Source of the DNA: Antedon mediterranea
Taxonomy: Eukaryota; Animalia; Echinodermata
DNA: 64,000 nt
NCBI RefSeq assembly: GCF_964355755.1
Contig: NC_092678.1
Location: 14,036,171-14,100,170 of the forward strand
Direction of reading: 5' to 3'
Part shown: positions 23,732 to 36,943 of the stretch, piece by piece
Layout of the letters: each line of letters begins with the position of its first letter
How positions within the stretch are numbered: the first letter of the stretch is position 1
The notes under the pieces: model-generated
Database searches by the model: none
What the model was told of the DNA's origin: nothing
Seen by the model: only the letters and a program-made list of their open reading frames with translations
Program-made: the position numbers and the translations under genes

Positions 23732-24658
23732 CGCCCGTATTCTTAAACCGGACTTTAGTCGTAGTTCGAAGTTCGACTTGGAAAAGTCGTAGTTCGAGCT
23801 ATTACTTCAAATTCGATTCAAAAACGAAGTAGTCGAAGTTTGCAGTTCGACTTAATGAAGTCGAGCTTTTAGTCGAGTTGCACACGTCTGGGTAACAAAG
23901 GCTATACATTGGCCAATGACAAGAGAGTATTTGAGGAGCAGACGAAATTTTGCGCATTGATATCACTTTCCATTTCTTACAACACTTTTTACGCATCAGG
24001 ACTATATACATGAAAAATAATTTTAATCGTTAATTATTAGAACAATATCAGTATTAATTTAACAGTGAAGTATATTTGATTAACAACAAATAAAATCTTA
24101 AAAATATATTTAGGAACCATGGCGGTACGGTAACTTTTATATTTTCTAGGCCCCCAACAAAGTATGATCGCCACGAACCACGCACTTCATAGCGTGACAA
24201 GAAAGCGTTAGGCCCCCTAAACATTCCATCGCGTGGTGAATTGCCGCATCTCCCATTGTCGCTATGGCGTGACGTAGCTCAAGTCGGACTTGCGCGAAGA
24301 AAATAATGTAATTTGTATACAGTTGTAAATAAAGATGACTTTCATTATTATAATTTATACCAATGTATATTTAATTAAGCTAATATAAATATAGATATTT
24401 CATTCTTCAATATCTGGCCAATATAACAACTCAATGACTGTTACGTTTTTTATAAACATCGTTTAAAAACCATTTAGTCGACCATTTAGTCTGCCCCCTC
24501 CAGGACTAAAAAAATCGATCAAAATCCGTCTCGATTTAGTCGAGGTTGGCCTGATTTAGTCGGTGATTTAGTTGAAGTTCGGTTTATGAATTAAAATGAC
24601 GTCATTTTTTTAGTTTTAGCTCGAACTACGACTAAAGTCCGGTTTAAGAATACGGGCG
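23732..24658. mobile_element. PIF/Harbinger-like MITE
   Basis: ~38-bp TIR CGCCCGTATTCTTAAACCGGACTTTAGTCGTAGTTCGA; TTA on both sides. Confidence 0.85.
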
Positions 24659-26809
24659 TTAAGGTTGGCTTTCTTCCAGATTATGTATTTTATTGTTTTA
24701 CTGATAATCTGTATTAATGTTTGATGAAGTGTGAAATAAAAACGAAAAAAAAAAAAAAAAAACACGGTTTGAACATTAAAATTGTTCAATTTGATTAAGA
24801 CAAAATGGAAGTGAAATTATTTCCATCAAATGTATTACACTTTAAACCATTGTTTAATTACAACTTTTTGGAAAAAACTATTAAAAAACTCTTGTAAGGA
24901 CAAAATAATATAAGGACTAATTAATATGTTTCTTATATATAAATCTTAGATGTAAAATTATGGGAAAAGTGGCAATTTACAATAAAAAATAATCAATGAA
25001 AGTATAAACATTAGCATATCTTGCAATCAATTTGGACTACAAGTAGATCACAACTTTATAAGTAAAAAAATGGTTTTTAGAGGAGTTAACATGCAAATAT
25101 TTAATCCAACAAAAACATGCTAGGTTATAGAATGTAAGGCTTCATACAATCAAATAGGTTAAGGTGTCTAGCAATAAATAGTGTTTTATTCACACTATCC
25201 TGTATTGTAATAATTATTATTATATGTTATGTACTGTATATAAATTGTTATGTTGTATCTTGAAATAAAAGAATGTTCAACATATGACATTGGTCAACAA
25301 GAAAAAAAATATGTTGCCTAACATTGCATTAAATTTAATTAAATGAATTTGAGCTGATTTTGCAATTTAAATTTGGTTAAAAAACTGTAGACTGTAAATT
25401 GTAGACCTGAACTTTTCCATCATTTTGTGTCAATGATAACAGGTTTTGAATTTATAAAGCACACAATTAAGCTAAACTTTAAAGGTTATCTTCTTTAAAG
25501 ATGGTTTTAAAAAAACAAATTATATTCAGTTTAAATGAAAAAACAAAAACCACAATATTAAAGTAAAAATAATTTAAAATAAAACGTTACATCACAATTA
25601 ATATTTGTCCCCATTTGTTTTTCAAACATGCAGCAAGTTTTCAATAAAATGGAATAAACAACATGAACAACAATATGTATAGGGAGGTAAACATAAAATG
25701 TGGTACAAATAATGTAACCATATCAACAACAAAAAGAATAAAACAGTTTGAATGCAAACAAATTAACTGAACCAAAATGTTGAGTGCAAAAGGTAAAAAA
25801 CCCAAACTTTACCACAATGAACTGAAAACTGTAAAAGCTGTGGAGAAATGGTATGATATTAACTTGAGGCAAATAAAAAAAAAAATATATGTTGTGATAC
25901 ACCTTCTTTGAGACCTCCAATTAAGGGAATACACACCTCTATTAAAACAAACTTTCATGTGAAATGAACAAGGGCAATATTGTTTCAACATTATGGCCAA
26001 TTACCTTGTTAGTCCAGTCAATCTATGACAAAAAAGGGCGTAACCCAAAACAAATTGCAATAGTTTCCAAACCTTTTTTATTTGATTCTATAAGCATCTG
26101 GGAAGATCATTTCCAAAATCTACCAAAATCGGTTCAGTGGAACATACTTTTTAAGGGGTTTTAAGGTCATAGGGGTCAAATTACACATTTTTCTATTTTG
26201 AAAACTACTAGGCGTAGCATGTTAATTTTGGTGTCAAACTATTCAGAAGACCCATATTTATATGTACTCTAATGAAACCTTTTTACCAAAAATTACAGGA
26301 AAGCATGTTTTTTACCTTTGACCTATTTTATTGTATATTTTCGTATATTCGTATCTTAGTAACCAGTGGGCGTAGATGAGCGTTATTTGCGTCAAACTAC
26401 TTAGAAGGTCAATGTTTATATTAGCTCTAATGGAAAAGATTCATGTAAAATGACCGGAAGTCATTATTTTGACCTCTGACACATATTCATTATTTTAGAT
26501 TTCTCAGTAAATACATTTTTTATATCTCAGTAACCACTGAGCACAACTTCGTCAATTTTGTGTCAAAAGATTCAGAAGACTCATATTTATATTCACTATA
26601 ATGAAAAAGTTTTTTAAAAAATGGATAGAAACTGTTTTTGACCTTTGACCTATTATACCAGTATATTTGTTTATATTTACTCTAATGAAAACAAATGCAA
26701 ATGTACAATATAACCGAAAATCATTATTTTGACCGTTAACATTTTCTAGTCGTGTCATGAATAAATCTCGAGTCTAGAGTATAAAATTTTAAATTTGACC
26801 AAATAATAA

Positions 26810-26920
26810 GTGCGGCGATCTGGCAGACGTTGGGCTGGAATATCAACTGATCTTGCCATAGAACAGTGTCTTATGCGTAGCATAAAAACAGGAGGAGGTC
26901 TAACAAGAGGGCGAGGATTA
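26810..26920 (+). mobile_element. Transposase fragment, Academ-like
   Basis: Translates VRRSGRRWAGISTDLAIEQCLMRSIKTGGGLTRGRGL, a motif I recognise from large invertebrate DNA-transposon proteins; the superfamily label is tentative. Confidence 0.55.
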
Positions 26921-28719
26921 ACTTGTCTGGGTCCTTTCAACTCCAGTCACTACTGTCATGTGAAATGAACAAGGGCAATATTGGCCAATTACCTTGTTTA
27001 GTGGACACTTTCTTGTGAACAGACAAAGGGTAATGTGTTTTAACACTACGCTAACCACTATTCAGGAAACATCTTAATTAAGGCAAAGTTTTTTTTTTGA
27101 GTTGATGTATACTTTAAAATGCCAAAAAATTATACAACTCTTATAATTTCGGTTTGTAAATTCAATTTGAGACAATATTTTCTAGTACAGGCTAGATTGT
27201 GTCAATATTATAATAATAATATTTGCCTTCATCTTGATTTGTAGGATTATGTTCATTTTTGGAATTTGAAACAGTATATAAAACATACGTAAAGATGGCT
27301 CACTAATAATTGAAATGTGCAGTATTAAGGGTAAAAAACTTACTTCTCTTTAACAGTAACTTTTGAATTGCTGTCCAACATTTTGATGAAAGTTAACAAG
27401 AAACTCTTGTTAAGAAGAAGCTCTGAAAGTTGTTGTAAACGTTTTGTAATGTTTTCACTATCCTAAGTAAAGTAAATTATTAGAAAAGAAATAATTACTA
27501 CACAAATATTTATTTCATATTATTAATTTTATTGATCAGAGTGTTTAAACGCAAGAAATTGGAATGTTGATCGTTGTCGAAGAACACTGGGACTTTTAAG
27601 ACCAAAGATTACCGTACACCTTGCGTTAGATAACTAACCTAACGCTGTGAGTCTGAACAAACAGAAATGTTTGCTGCTTAACTGTTACTTTGACCACTAT
27701 CACTCATCCATATTTATTGCATATGACCATGGAGTACAACTCGGGTTGTATACAACTGAATAGGAAATAGTTGAATGTTAAGTTTTTTCGTTCATAGTTG
27801 TTTTAACTCTTTCTAATTATCACTTCATAATATCAGGCTTGGGAGTGCTTGCCTAATACACTCGAAAAAATGCCCTGGAGTCGTGCCATTTACTGCACGT
27901 TTGGTAAACTTTTACACATGAACAGCAACAGCAAACCTATAGCACACTATGTGCTGAGGAGTACAATGTGTAGCACACTAGCAATTTTAAAGACACAAAG
28001 CCTGTGATATGATATAATATGAGTGGAGAAAATAAACAAACAAACTTACTTTGTTTTGTGAATCTGGAATGTTCAAAGCCATTGAACATCATGTTACAGA
28101 CATATTGTTTGTGAGTAACAAAAGGCATTACAATCCCTTGAAAATCATCTGCCGTCAAATCAGTCAAGTAAACAGTTAAATCAGCGAATGCTATTACAAA
28201 AATAAATAAAAATGATAAGTTTGTGTTTACTAAATATTTAACCAAATATTCTACACTATGTTATAATGTTCTTTACAAAATATTCACATTTCTATACTTC
28301 ATTCAATATGATTGTGTTTGTATTTTGAGAAAAATACTTTTTTTTATTGAGGTTGCATGACAAAGCTATATGAAGTCATCATTGCTTACAATTTGCAACT
28401 GTTGAGTTGGTTAGGACCATCAAACCGGGCAGGGTTGGGTTTCACGGTGCAAATGAAATTGTTGGCCTAAGGATTGTAGAGTACAGCCAGGTGTACATGT
28501 AATAAGAGGCAGTTGTAAAGGTTGTATATTCTGGCCAGTAAGTTTCATCCACTAAAGACACAACAGAATGCCGAGTACTTTGGCAATAAAAAAAAAAGAT
28601 GGGAATTTTGTGTACATAATTGAAATATTGGGACATACTTATGAGAATGAATGACATTATACCAGTTTAAAAGTACTAATTATGGTAAATTAAATTGTAA
28701 ATTAAATTATAATGGTAAC

Positions 28720-28974
28720 CTTCAATTTGGTCAGTGTTATGCCCAAATAAGGTCAAGTTATGCTTGAATTAATGATTCACTCATTCATTTCAACATAAGC
28801 TTTTTTGTTTTCTTTGTCATATTGTTTAATCCTTCTTCTATGGATCAGAAGAATGATAAAGAAAAGAAGTATTGCAACACCTATTACTGAACAAATTACA
28901 ATAATTATTTCTACTTGAATGTTGGAAGAATATTCGATGGGCCCAAACGTCACATTAATGTTACCATGTTGAAT
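28720..28974 (-). pseudogene. Plexin transmembrane exon, copy A
   Basis: ...EIIIVICSVIGVAILLFFIILLIHRRRIK...EMNE* (in-frame TGA). Confidence 0.85.
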
Positions 28975-30607
28975 CTGAAAAGAAAAAAAATTGAATTATA
29001 ATACTATACACCATTATTTTGTTTTTTGTAAAATAATATTTTGAACTTTTATATTTTGCAGTAGTTTAAAAAAATAGATAAAAACATTCTAAAAAGCATT
29101 TAAAAACATAAATTCTTGGTTATTGTGGAATAGCATTAAAAAAAAACTATCATTAATTTGGATATTATACACATAATGAATGTTTATGAGTTGATGGTTG
29201 AAAGATTGACTGCTCCCATTTAACGGGTACCAAGAGTACAATCATAGGTGTTATAAAAGCCATTATTTGTGATAAAAGATATGTCAATTGCAGAAGATTT
29301 GGCAAAATCAGGAGCAGAGTATTTTATTTTGAAATGAGAGGTTACCTCACTTGGCTTTTAATTGAACTAAAAATTCTATATAATAATATTATAAAATGTC
29401 CTTTTCTGTACCATGCTGTCTTAGAGGTTACTTTTAAAATGAGTAATAATTAGATTATGATTCTTGTGATCTGGTGACCACAAACATTTGCAATACATGT
29501 ACCTTAACTATAGGATGATCTTCACCATCTACTGGATTAGGTTCCTTGTCTGGTACTTCAACAATAACTACTGTACGTGTTATTGAATTTACAGTGCATT
29601 TAACCCTTCCTATGAAGACTTCAACATCCTCAATGTCACTAGCAAGGTTGATGTCAGAACCCTAATAATAATAAATTACAATCAGTAAATAACTGATTAA
29701 GGATTTAAAAAGTTCTTTTTCAAATTTTAAAATAAATGTAGCTCAATAATACACTTTACACTGAACAAAAACTAACTAACTAAATAATTATAAAAATTAT
29801 GAGATTTGTGTAAATATTTTGTGCAGCAGTAGAAACTAAGTTTGGTTGCTCCTGAGCACGCATTGCATGATGTAAGCACAACACAAGTAACTTGACTATT
29901 CATGACACGACTGATGGATCAACCATTGCATCATGATAATAGTCAAATTGCTTGCGTTGTCAATTACATCCTTCCATTGTGTTAAGTAGAGTTGATTTAA
30001 TGCTTTTACGCAATACACTGCTGAAGAAATAAAACTATATACAGTATTTACCATCAACTTTATAAATTCATCAATATCTTTGTCATATCTGTATATTCCA
30101 TCAACTACAGTCTCTCCATAAAAAGAAATATTATCAAAGGGATAATATATTGGATTAGGGTAAACTGAGAATCCAAAATCACCACTCAATGCAGGAACGA
30201 AACCATCAATGAAAAGGTCAACCTGATGTGGAGAGATCAGCTGGTGGACTTTCACAATCCATCTCTTCATTTGACAGAATTATACAGTTCTGAAAAAACA
30301 ACACATCATTTCTTTATTTATTAATTAAAGAACAATTTACAAGGAATTTTCAAAATAATTAATTAATTTTCATAAAGTCATATACTTTGCTTAAATCTGA
30401 CAAAACAATTCTACTTAGTAACAATTATAATCAAAATAAATACACAAAAGGCCTATATTGTGTAAATAAGACAGAAGAGAAAACAGAGTGTTAATGTTGG
30501 AAAACAAAAACATGATCTTAAAATTATCTTTACTTGATAATCAGATGCTTTTGGAGATGATTTAATGTACTGAGCATTGAGTACAATTACATCAGAGAAG
30601 GACTTAT

Positions 30608-30761
30608 GCTTGGTTACTACTAGAGATGCACAAGGACGCATGTAACATAAGTGATTTGACCAATCACAAGCGATTGATTATTCCAACTGTTACTTTTCAT
30701 TGGTCAACTAGCTTGCGTTGGGTCTACATCCTTGAGTTGCGTCTCTAGTGGCAACCAAGCT
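30608..30761. mobile_element. Short MITE (duplicate at ~42968-43121)
   Basis: Imperfect TIR GCTTGGTTACTACTAGAGATGCA / TGCGTCTCTAGTGGCAACCAAGC. Confidence 0.6.
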
Positions 30762-31690
30762 TTAAAGCACTCAGATTTTATGGATGGATTATGGATATAT
30801 TCTTATGGATGAATGATATGGATGTAAACATTGTTGACTTCTAAGGAAAACCTCTCTTTCTGTTGAAATTTATTATATTAGAAATGTATATGTATCTAAA
30901 GCTTACATTTTCAGCTGATACGATATTTAACAACATCGTTGCTTTCTGTACATATTGGAAATTTGTTCCGGTCACTCTGATGTTTTGACCACCTCTGCAA
31001 AAATAAGCATTTTAAACATTATCATTACATGGAATATGGTGCTTTAAGTATGAAGGAGTCAATTGATTTTACTTCCAATTCTTAAAGCCCAACATTGTCA
31101 CATTGTTTTGTATAATAATTTAATACACTGAGCTTTTGTATCAAGGTCAGTACAGTTTGTATCTTACTATAGTAAAGCAAGGTCAGTTGGCTTGGAACTT
31201 TCCATTTTTCATTTTTTTGACACACGATTTTCAGCCTGAATGAAAAATTAAGAATAATTTTGTTAACTGGCATATGTAGAGTTTCTCAGTTTACTACCAC
31301 TGCACAGTTGTATATTATATCTATTTGTTGGCCTACTTCTAATTTTAAGTCTAGTTACTTTCACTGTTCGAGTCACTGTCAGGGCCAAGCCCTAGCTAGG
31401 ACTAGATAAAGGACCTTATTTTGGAAAGGTAGGAGGAGGGGATTCTTCTGTTGGCCTAATTTTATATATTTTGGTTTGAATGGTGGCACTAAAGGAAATA
31501 AACCTAGGCTAGTGAATGTGTTAAACTTACCAATTCTATCGTTCTTGTGTTGATATATTTACGATAACAATGGTGATGAAATTCAAAATATGGATGCTTT
31601 GTTATTATGTCTTCATATGACGCATTAAGAATATCTAGCTCAGATACTAGTTTATTAGCAATATCTTTACAGGTACCATCTAAGTTTACC

Positions 31691-31726
31691 CAGGGAAGAG
31701 TTAAATTGTAATTTAACTCTTCCCTG
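31691..31726. mobile_element. 36-bp perfect hairpin insertion with 7-bp TSD
   Basis: CAGGGAAGAGTTAAATT-GT-AATTTAACTCTTCCCTG flanked by GTTTACC twice; empty site at ~44044-44050. Confidence 0.85.
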
Positions 31727-32758
31727 GTTTACCCATAACTTGGTACAAGCAACAACCTTATAAAATCGAACTTCCGTAATTGGAAATGCCGTTTTATCAG
31801 TAATGTTTTCATGGTGAAAACAACATTTTATTTGAAGATCACACACGTGGCTTTCATCAATCGAAGCCATGTTGTTGTTTGTGCACAGTTCATGTCACGC
31901 GTCCATATTCACCAAATCGTTAACAATTGTTGTACTAAAATTACGATAATACTGTTTTATTATCAAGTTTCCTGTTATAATTAATATACTAAATATCACT
32001 GAGCTTATTCAATGTAGTTTTTGTGAATAAATATTTTATTTAATGAATAAAACCTTAATGAAAAAAAAAATTTTTTTGGCTAAAGGAGTTTCTCGTGTGG
32101 AAAAGGTCATGGGTCAACACAATGTAAAAAAATTTTCAAATACTGACGTTGAAATGTGATTTCCTTGTTATATGATACGTTTTTTAGGTGAAACTTTGTG
32201 TTAAAACTTATTACTTTTAAAATATTATTAACATAATTATCATGTAGAGTTTTTTTAGGCTAATGAGACTGGAACGGGATTGAACGATAGGGTTTTCACC
32301 CGATGGCCTAAAATAAATAATGAATTTCTCTATAAAATCATTAACTTAAAATGTTTACCTTTGTTGCATTTGGTAAATTCCTAATTGGTATTATGACTTC
32401 TTTCTGTAATTGTGCATGAATAAGTTCCTCATCTGGTTGATAAATTTGTGGACATGACCCTTGACCTTGAAAACCATTTGGTGGTGATGCTGCCTACATA
32501 TTAAAACAATAGCTTATAAGTGATATTATAACAATAATGTCGTAAAACATTTTGAATGCCATAATTACAAAAATAGATAATTTTCTGTTTGTTCTTCTCA
32601 CCGATAACTGTAGATGATCTAATGGAAACTGTTAATACGAACCGTGGTAACTACTGTAAATTACTGACAAAGATCACTAAAATATATTAAGAATACACCA
32701 TTATTCTTACAAGTTCTTTATCTGGCACGGCACCTAATGTTCCATCTGCATAGATTAA

Positions 32759-33430
32759 GGGTATGTTCAGACTCACGGAGTTACGATGGAGTTATGTAAG
32801 CGGCGTACATATTTTTGTGTTTGAACCAGGCCGCGGATTAGCGTTAGGAAGCTGTTACTCCGCGCCAGTGGCGTTATTAACTTTGGCTGGAGAGGGTAGA
32901 TTTAATAACGCTAATCCAGTGATGCATCAGTGATTTTAACCCTAACCAATGAAAAGAAACGACCACGATTAGCAGACAGCAACTACATACCTGTACCCTA
33001 GTATACAACAGCGAAATAGCTATGTCAAATGTATTTTAGGTTTCCAAGTTTAAAGAACAGTAAAGTTGGTGTCAGTGATATGATATTTGCCTAAAATAAA
33101 TCAATTAATCAGAACATTTTCCGTGTAATAATTATGCTTTAACTTATTTTGAATTAAAATGCAATTCTACAAGTAGCAAGAACAAATAAGTATATGTAAC
33201 ATTATATAAATACAAATAACAAAAACCAATTTAACGATGTAAACTTTCATGCATTGTCATAAATGTATACATATTATAATTCAATCTGTTTTGACCTGAT
33301 CAGAGTTTTTTAAACGCAAGGCATTGGAATGTTGATCGTTGTGTCTGAACACCTTGGCTTTTAACGCCACAGATCACCGTACGCCTTGAATAGATAACTC
33401 CACCGTAACTCTGTGAGTCTAAACATACCC
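32759..33430. mobile_element. PIF/Harbinger-like MITE (duplicate at 45081-45746)
   Basis: TIR GGGTATGTTCAGACTCAC / GTGAGTCTAAACATACCC; TAA on both sides. Confidence 0.8.
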
Positions 33431-35819
33431 TAAAGTATCTTGCCTAAGGACACAAGGCATGCCACCTCATAATATAATTTCTATAAGCGGCATACTATAA
33501 ACTGAGCAACCCATTCGCACCTTACCAACCCCTTCCAAATACAATTAGCCTAACCATGTTGTCTCAAAAAGTGCTTATTTGAGCAATACAAGTTCCATTT
33601 GATTATATAGCACAAAAAAGAAAAAAAAGTCATAATTACTTACGTTTCCTTTCAAAATAATTTTGTCTGCTGTGCACAATATTGATGCATTATGGGTACA
33701 TTTGTTGTCGTAGACACACCAATCACAAGTAAAACTTAAAACACATCCAGAACAGCTACAGTATTGAAAATAAAAACAAAATAACATTGTTAAAAAGTAA
33801 AACACCATTTACTTATTTTGCACAACAAATGACAAAGTGCCAATCATTATCTTATGTAATGTCAATGCCAACAATATAAAGATGTTGTTAAAGATAATTA
33901 TTAAATCATATACTATCATTTTTCTACTCCTCAGGGGACACTTTACTGCCAAACGAGGAGGACTATATTTTAACACTGCGGCCAACCCTTACAAAAGGAA
34001 CACCTACACTGGGCCTAAAAAAATCACTGAATTAACATAATGATCTATTGTATATTTCACAATTCTGAGCACAAATGTATACAGTAATTTGTTAAGGTAA
34101 TAACCAGTGCAAACGCATCACAGTTTGCTAAAGTTTAAATTCTCAATTTCAAGAGCCAATTCATTAATTTTTTTTTTTTTTTTGCATATTTTTTTTTTCA
34201 TAAGGAGAATTTTTTTAGGTCCCAATAGTGTCCCCTAATAAGGGGGTCTACTGTATAATATTTTGATATTGTTAATATTATTTTGAACAATGGGAGAAAA
34301 TTAATCACAGCACATGGTACAAAATGAATGAAATTGGTGGATACACTTAGGTCTGTTACAGTACATTTAACAGCAGAATAACTCACTGAGTTCAGATTTG
34401 AGAGAGCATTAGTATTAGTTTGTTATATTGAACAAAAGTACAGTATTGGTAAAACGGTATGAACACATTTTCCCACGCCAACTTCCCTTTGACTCAAAAT
34501 AACCTTTTGTGTTACAAAAATAATAGGCTAAATTTAGGTAAAGTTATTGTTGAAATAAAATTCAATAAACAATACAGAAAACTTTAACAACAGAATCAAA
34601 TCCTTGATGATATAATACTTAATAGAGAAGGTTTACAGTTCTGGTTTCCGTAACAGCAAGTCAGAGGCTGACAAGTTAATACCAAGAAGCAAAGATTGAT
34701 GTATTTTGTATCGTTGATTAAATAACCTGATTAATTAAGTATGTGAATGAATGGCATTAAAGCATGCTTGACTGCACAGGCAAGTCAAGCAAATGCTGTC
34801 AAATGGTTCGATTAACATTGCATACAATTATACTGTGGAATTTATTAGGGTTGAGGGAATGTTATGGTTCCAGGTAACTGTAAGCTTATATTGGACATGT
34901 CCACATGCTTTTTCGACTTCTTGTTAAATGTTCTGTGAAGGTTAAAGATCATTCAGGAAAGCATTTTCCTTACAAACCTATACATTTAATAGGCTAACTA
35001 CTATCTACTCAAAATAACACATATAATAACTTAACTTAATTCAATAATAATAATAATCAAATGAATCATTTGAATCTAGTTCAATTATCAAAACACTAAC
35101 AGTAACTGTTTTTAACACAGTGAGAGTATCACTCTCAATAGTTATGTTTTAAATTATAAACAGTTTTCTCTTACAATCTAAACTAAATTCCTTCATGTAC
35201 ACCAAGTAGTTTATGATTTATGACATGCAAATACAGTCAACTTTCCTGTCAGTCAAAATTAGAAACTAAGCTGTCAAAATCACAATGTGCTTAAGAATCC
35301 AAAAGTTCTTGATAATTGTGGAAAAACCTTAGTGTGCTCTAAGACATTGCCATGCTTTTAAAAAGCCAGATATTTATTTTTTTCTGATCTCTGAAGACTT
35401 TGGAACAACCCAACCCAAGAGTTTGATTGATAATATTTGAATTTTTAAAAAATACTTAAATTACATTACAACAAAGATAAATAAAAAAGGTGTTATTTAA
35501 TCTACAATAAACACGTAACTGATGAGTTGATTGTCTTGAAAGGAAGATATATTGGTTAATTTGGCTGAACTATCTATCTGATTACAAATAGGGAAGTATA
35601 ACAATGATGATTCAGTGTTGACACATTGGTTTTTTAACTGTGTTTATTCATTCCCTCACAGCTATCAATATTTGCTATCCTGGTTCCAATATAAAATCAA
35701 TTTGAAGGAACCACTCTCATATGCATTGTAAATGTTTGTACAGTAACGTGTTACACAATTATAACTGTCCCATTACAACAATACTATCAATATTGTATTT
35801 GATTTCCTTATGTACTTAA

Positions 35820-36424
35820 CACGTTCACTGCCACGGCGTATTTATACGTCAAAAATTGCGTGTCGCTACTTGCCAAGACGTAATACTACGTCAAAATCGT
35901 AGCACTTTTGTATTGTATGTAGAATCGCTGGCAGTGGTGATTGGAACAGGAATTATCGCATGGCAGTTTATGAATGATGTACGTAAACGATAATCTAAAA
36001 ATAAATATCATATGTTTGTTTGTGTTTATTCCCTCATGCATTGAATATGGTTGATACGATGGCGCCCTCACACTCAATATAATCATCTCAAACATGTCAT
36101 AAATTGCGCTAATAGTAAATAAAAATAATAAAGGATGAAATGATTCAGTGTGGTTTACTGTTTTTATCTCTCGATGATAGGTTTGACCGATTTTAGCGCG
36201 GAAAATCCCCGACGTATATTTACGTTCCTGGCAAAGTCAATAAAATTTTTGGACCATTGCCAGTGACGTATTTATACGTCTCAACGGTTTTTCCCGCCAT
36301 CGTATTTTGAATGACATCATGATAGTCTGTGACCAGATGTTACACTTTCAAACTGTAATTTAATATGTAAACGGGACTTGGCACTGGGACAGAAATTACG
36401 GAAAATGCCTTGGCAGTCAATGTG
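35820..36424. mobile_element. piggyBac-like MITE, only in copy A
   Basis: TTAA TSD; TIR CACGTTCACTGCC / GGCAGTCAATGTG; empty TTAA site at 48113-48116. Confidence 0.85.
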
Positions 36425-36426
36425 TT

Positions 36427-36943
36427 AAAGATGACAGTGAGATTACAACAAATTATGTACATTGCAACCTGGTAAAGATGACAGTGAGATTATAACAAAT
36501 TATGTACATTGCAACCTGGTAAAGATGACAGTGAGATTATAACAAATTATGTACATTGCAACCTGGTAAAGATGACAGTGAGATTATAACAAATTATGTA
36601 CATTGCAACCTGGTAAAGATGACATTGAGATTATAACAAATTATGTACATTGCAACCTGGTAAAGATGACAGTGAGATTATAACAACTTATGTACATTGC
36701 AACCTGGTAAAGATGACAGTGAGATTATAACAAATTATGTACATTGCAACCTGGTAAAGATGACAGTGAGATTATAACAACTTATGTACATTGCAACCTG
36801 GTAAAGATGACAGTGAGATTATAACAAATTATGTACATTGCAACCTGGTAAAGATGACAGTGAGATTATAACAAATTATGTACATTGCAACCTGGTAAAG
36901 ATGACAGTGAGATTATAACAAATTATGTACATTGCAACCTGGT
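36427..36943. repeat. 47-bp minisatellite, 11 units
   Basis: AAAGATGACAGTGAGATTATAACAAATTATGTACATTGCAACCTGGT; 517 bp. Confidence 0.95.

Larger units (their letters stand above)
22921..27461 (-). pseudogene. Three plexin RasGAP exons (27344-27461, 23544-23618, 22921-22987)
   Basis: LQQLSELLLNKSFLLTFIKMLD; VLEELLIDNID..KQVLAR; TDSVTAKLLSNWIALSMYNYLK (canonical LLRRTESVAEKMLTNW). Confidence 0.85.
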
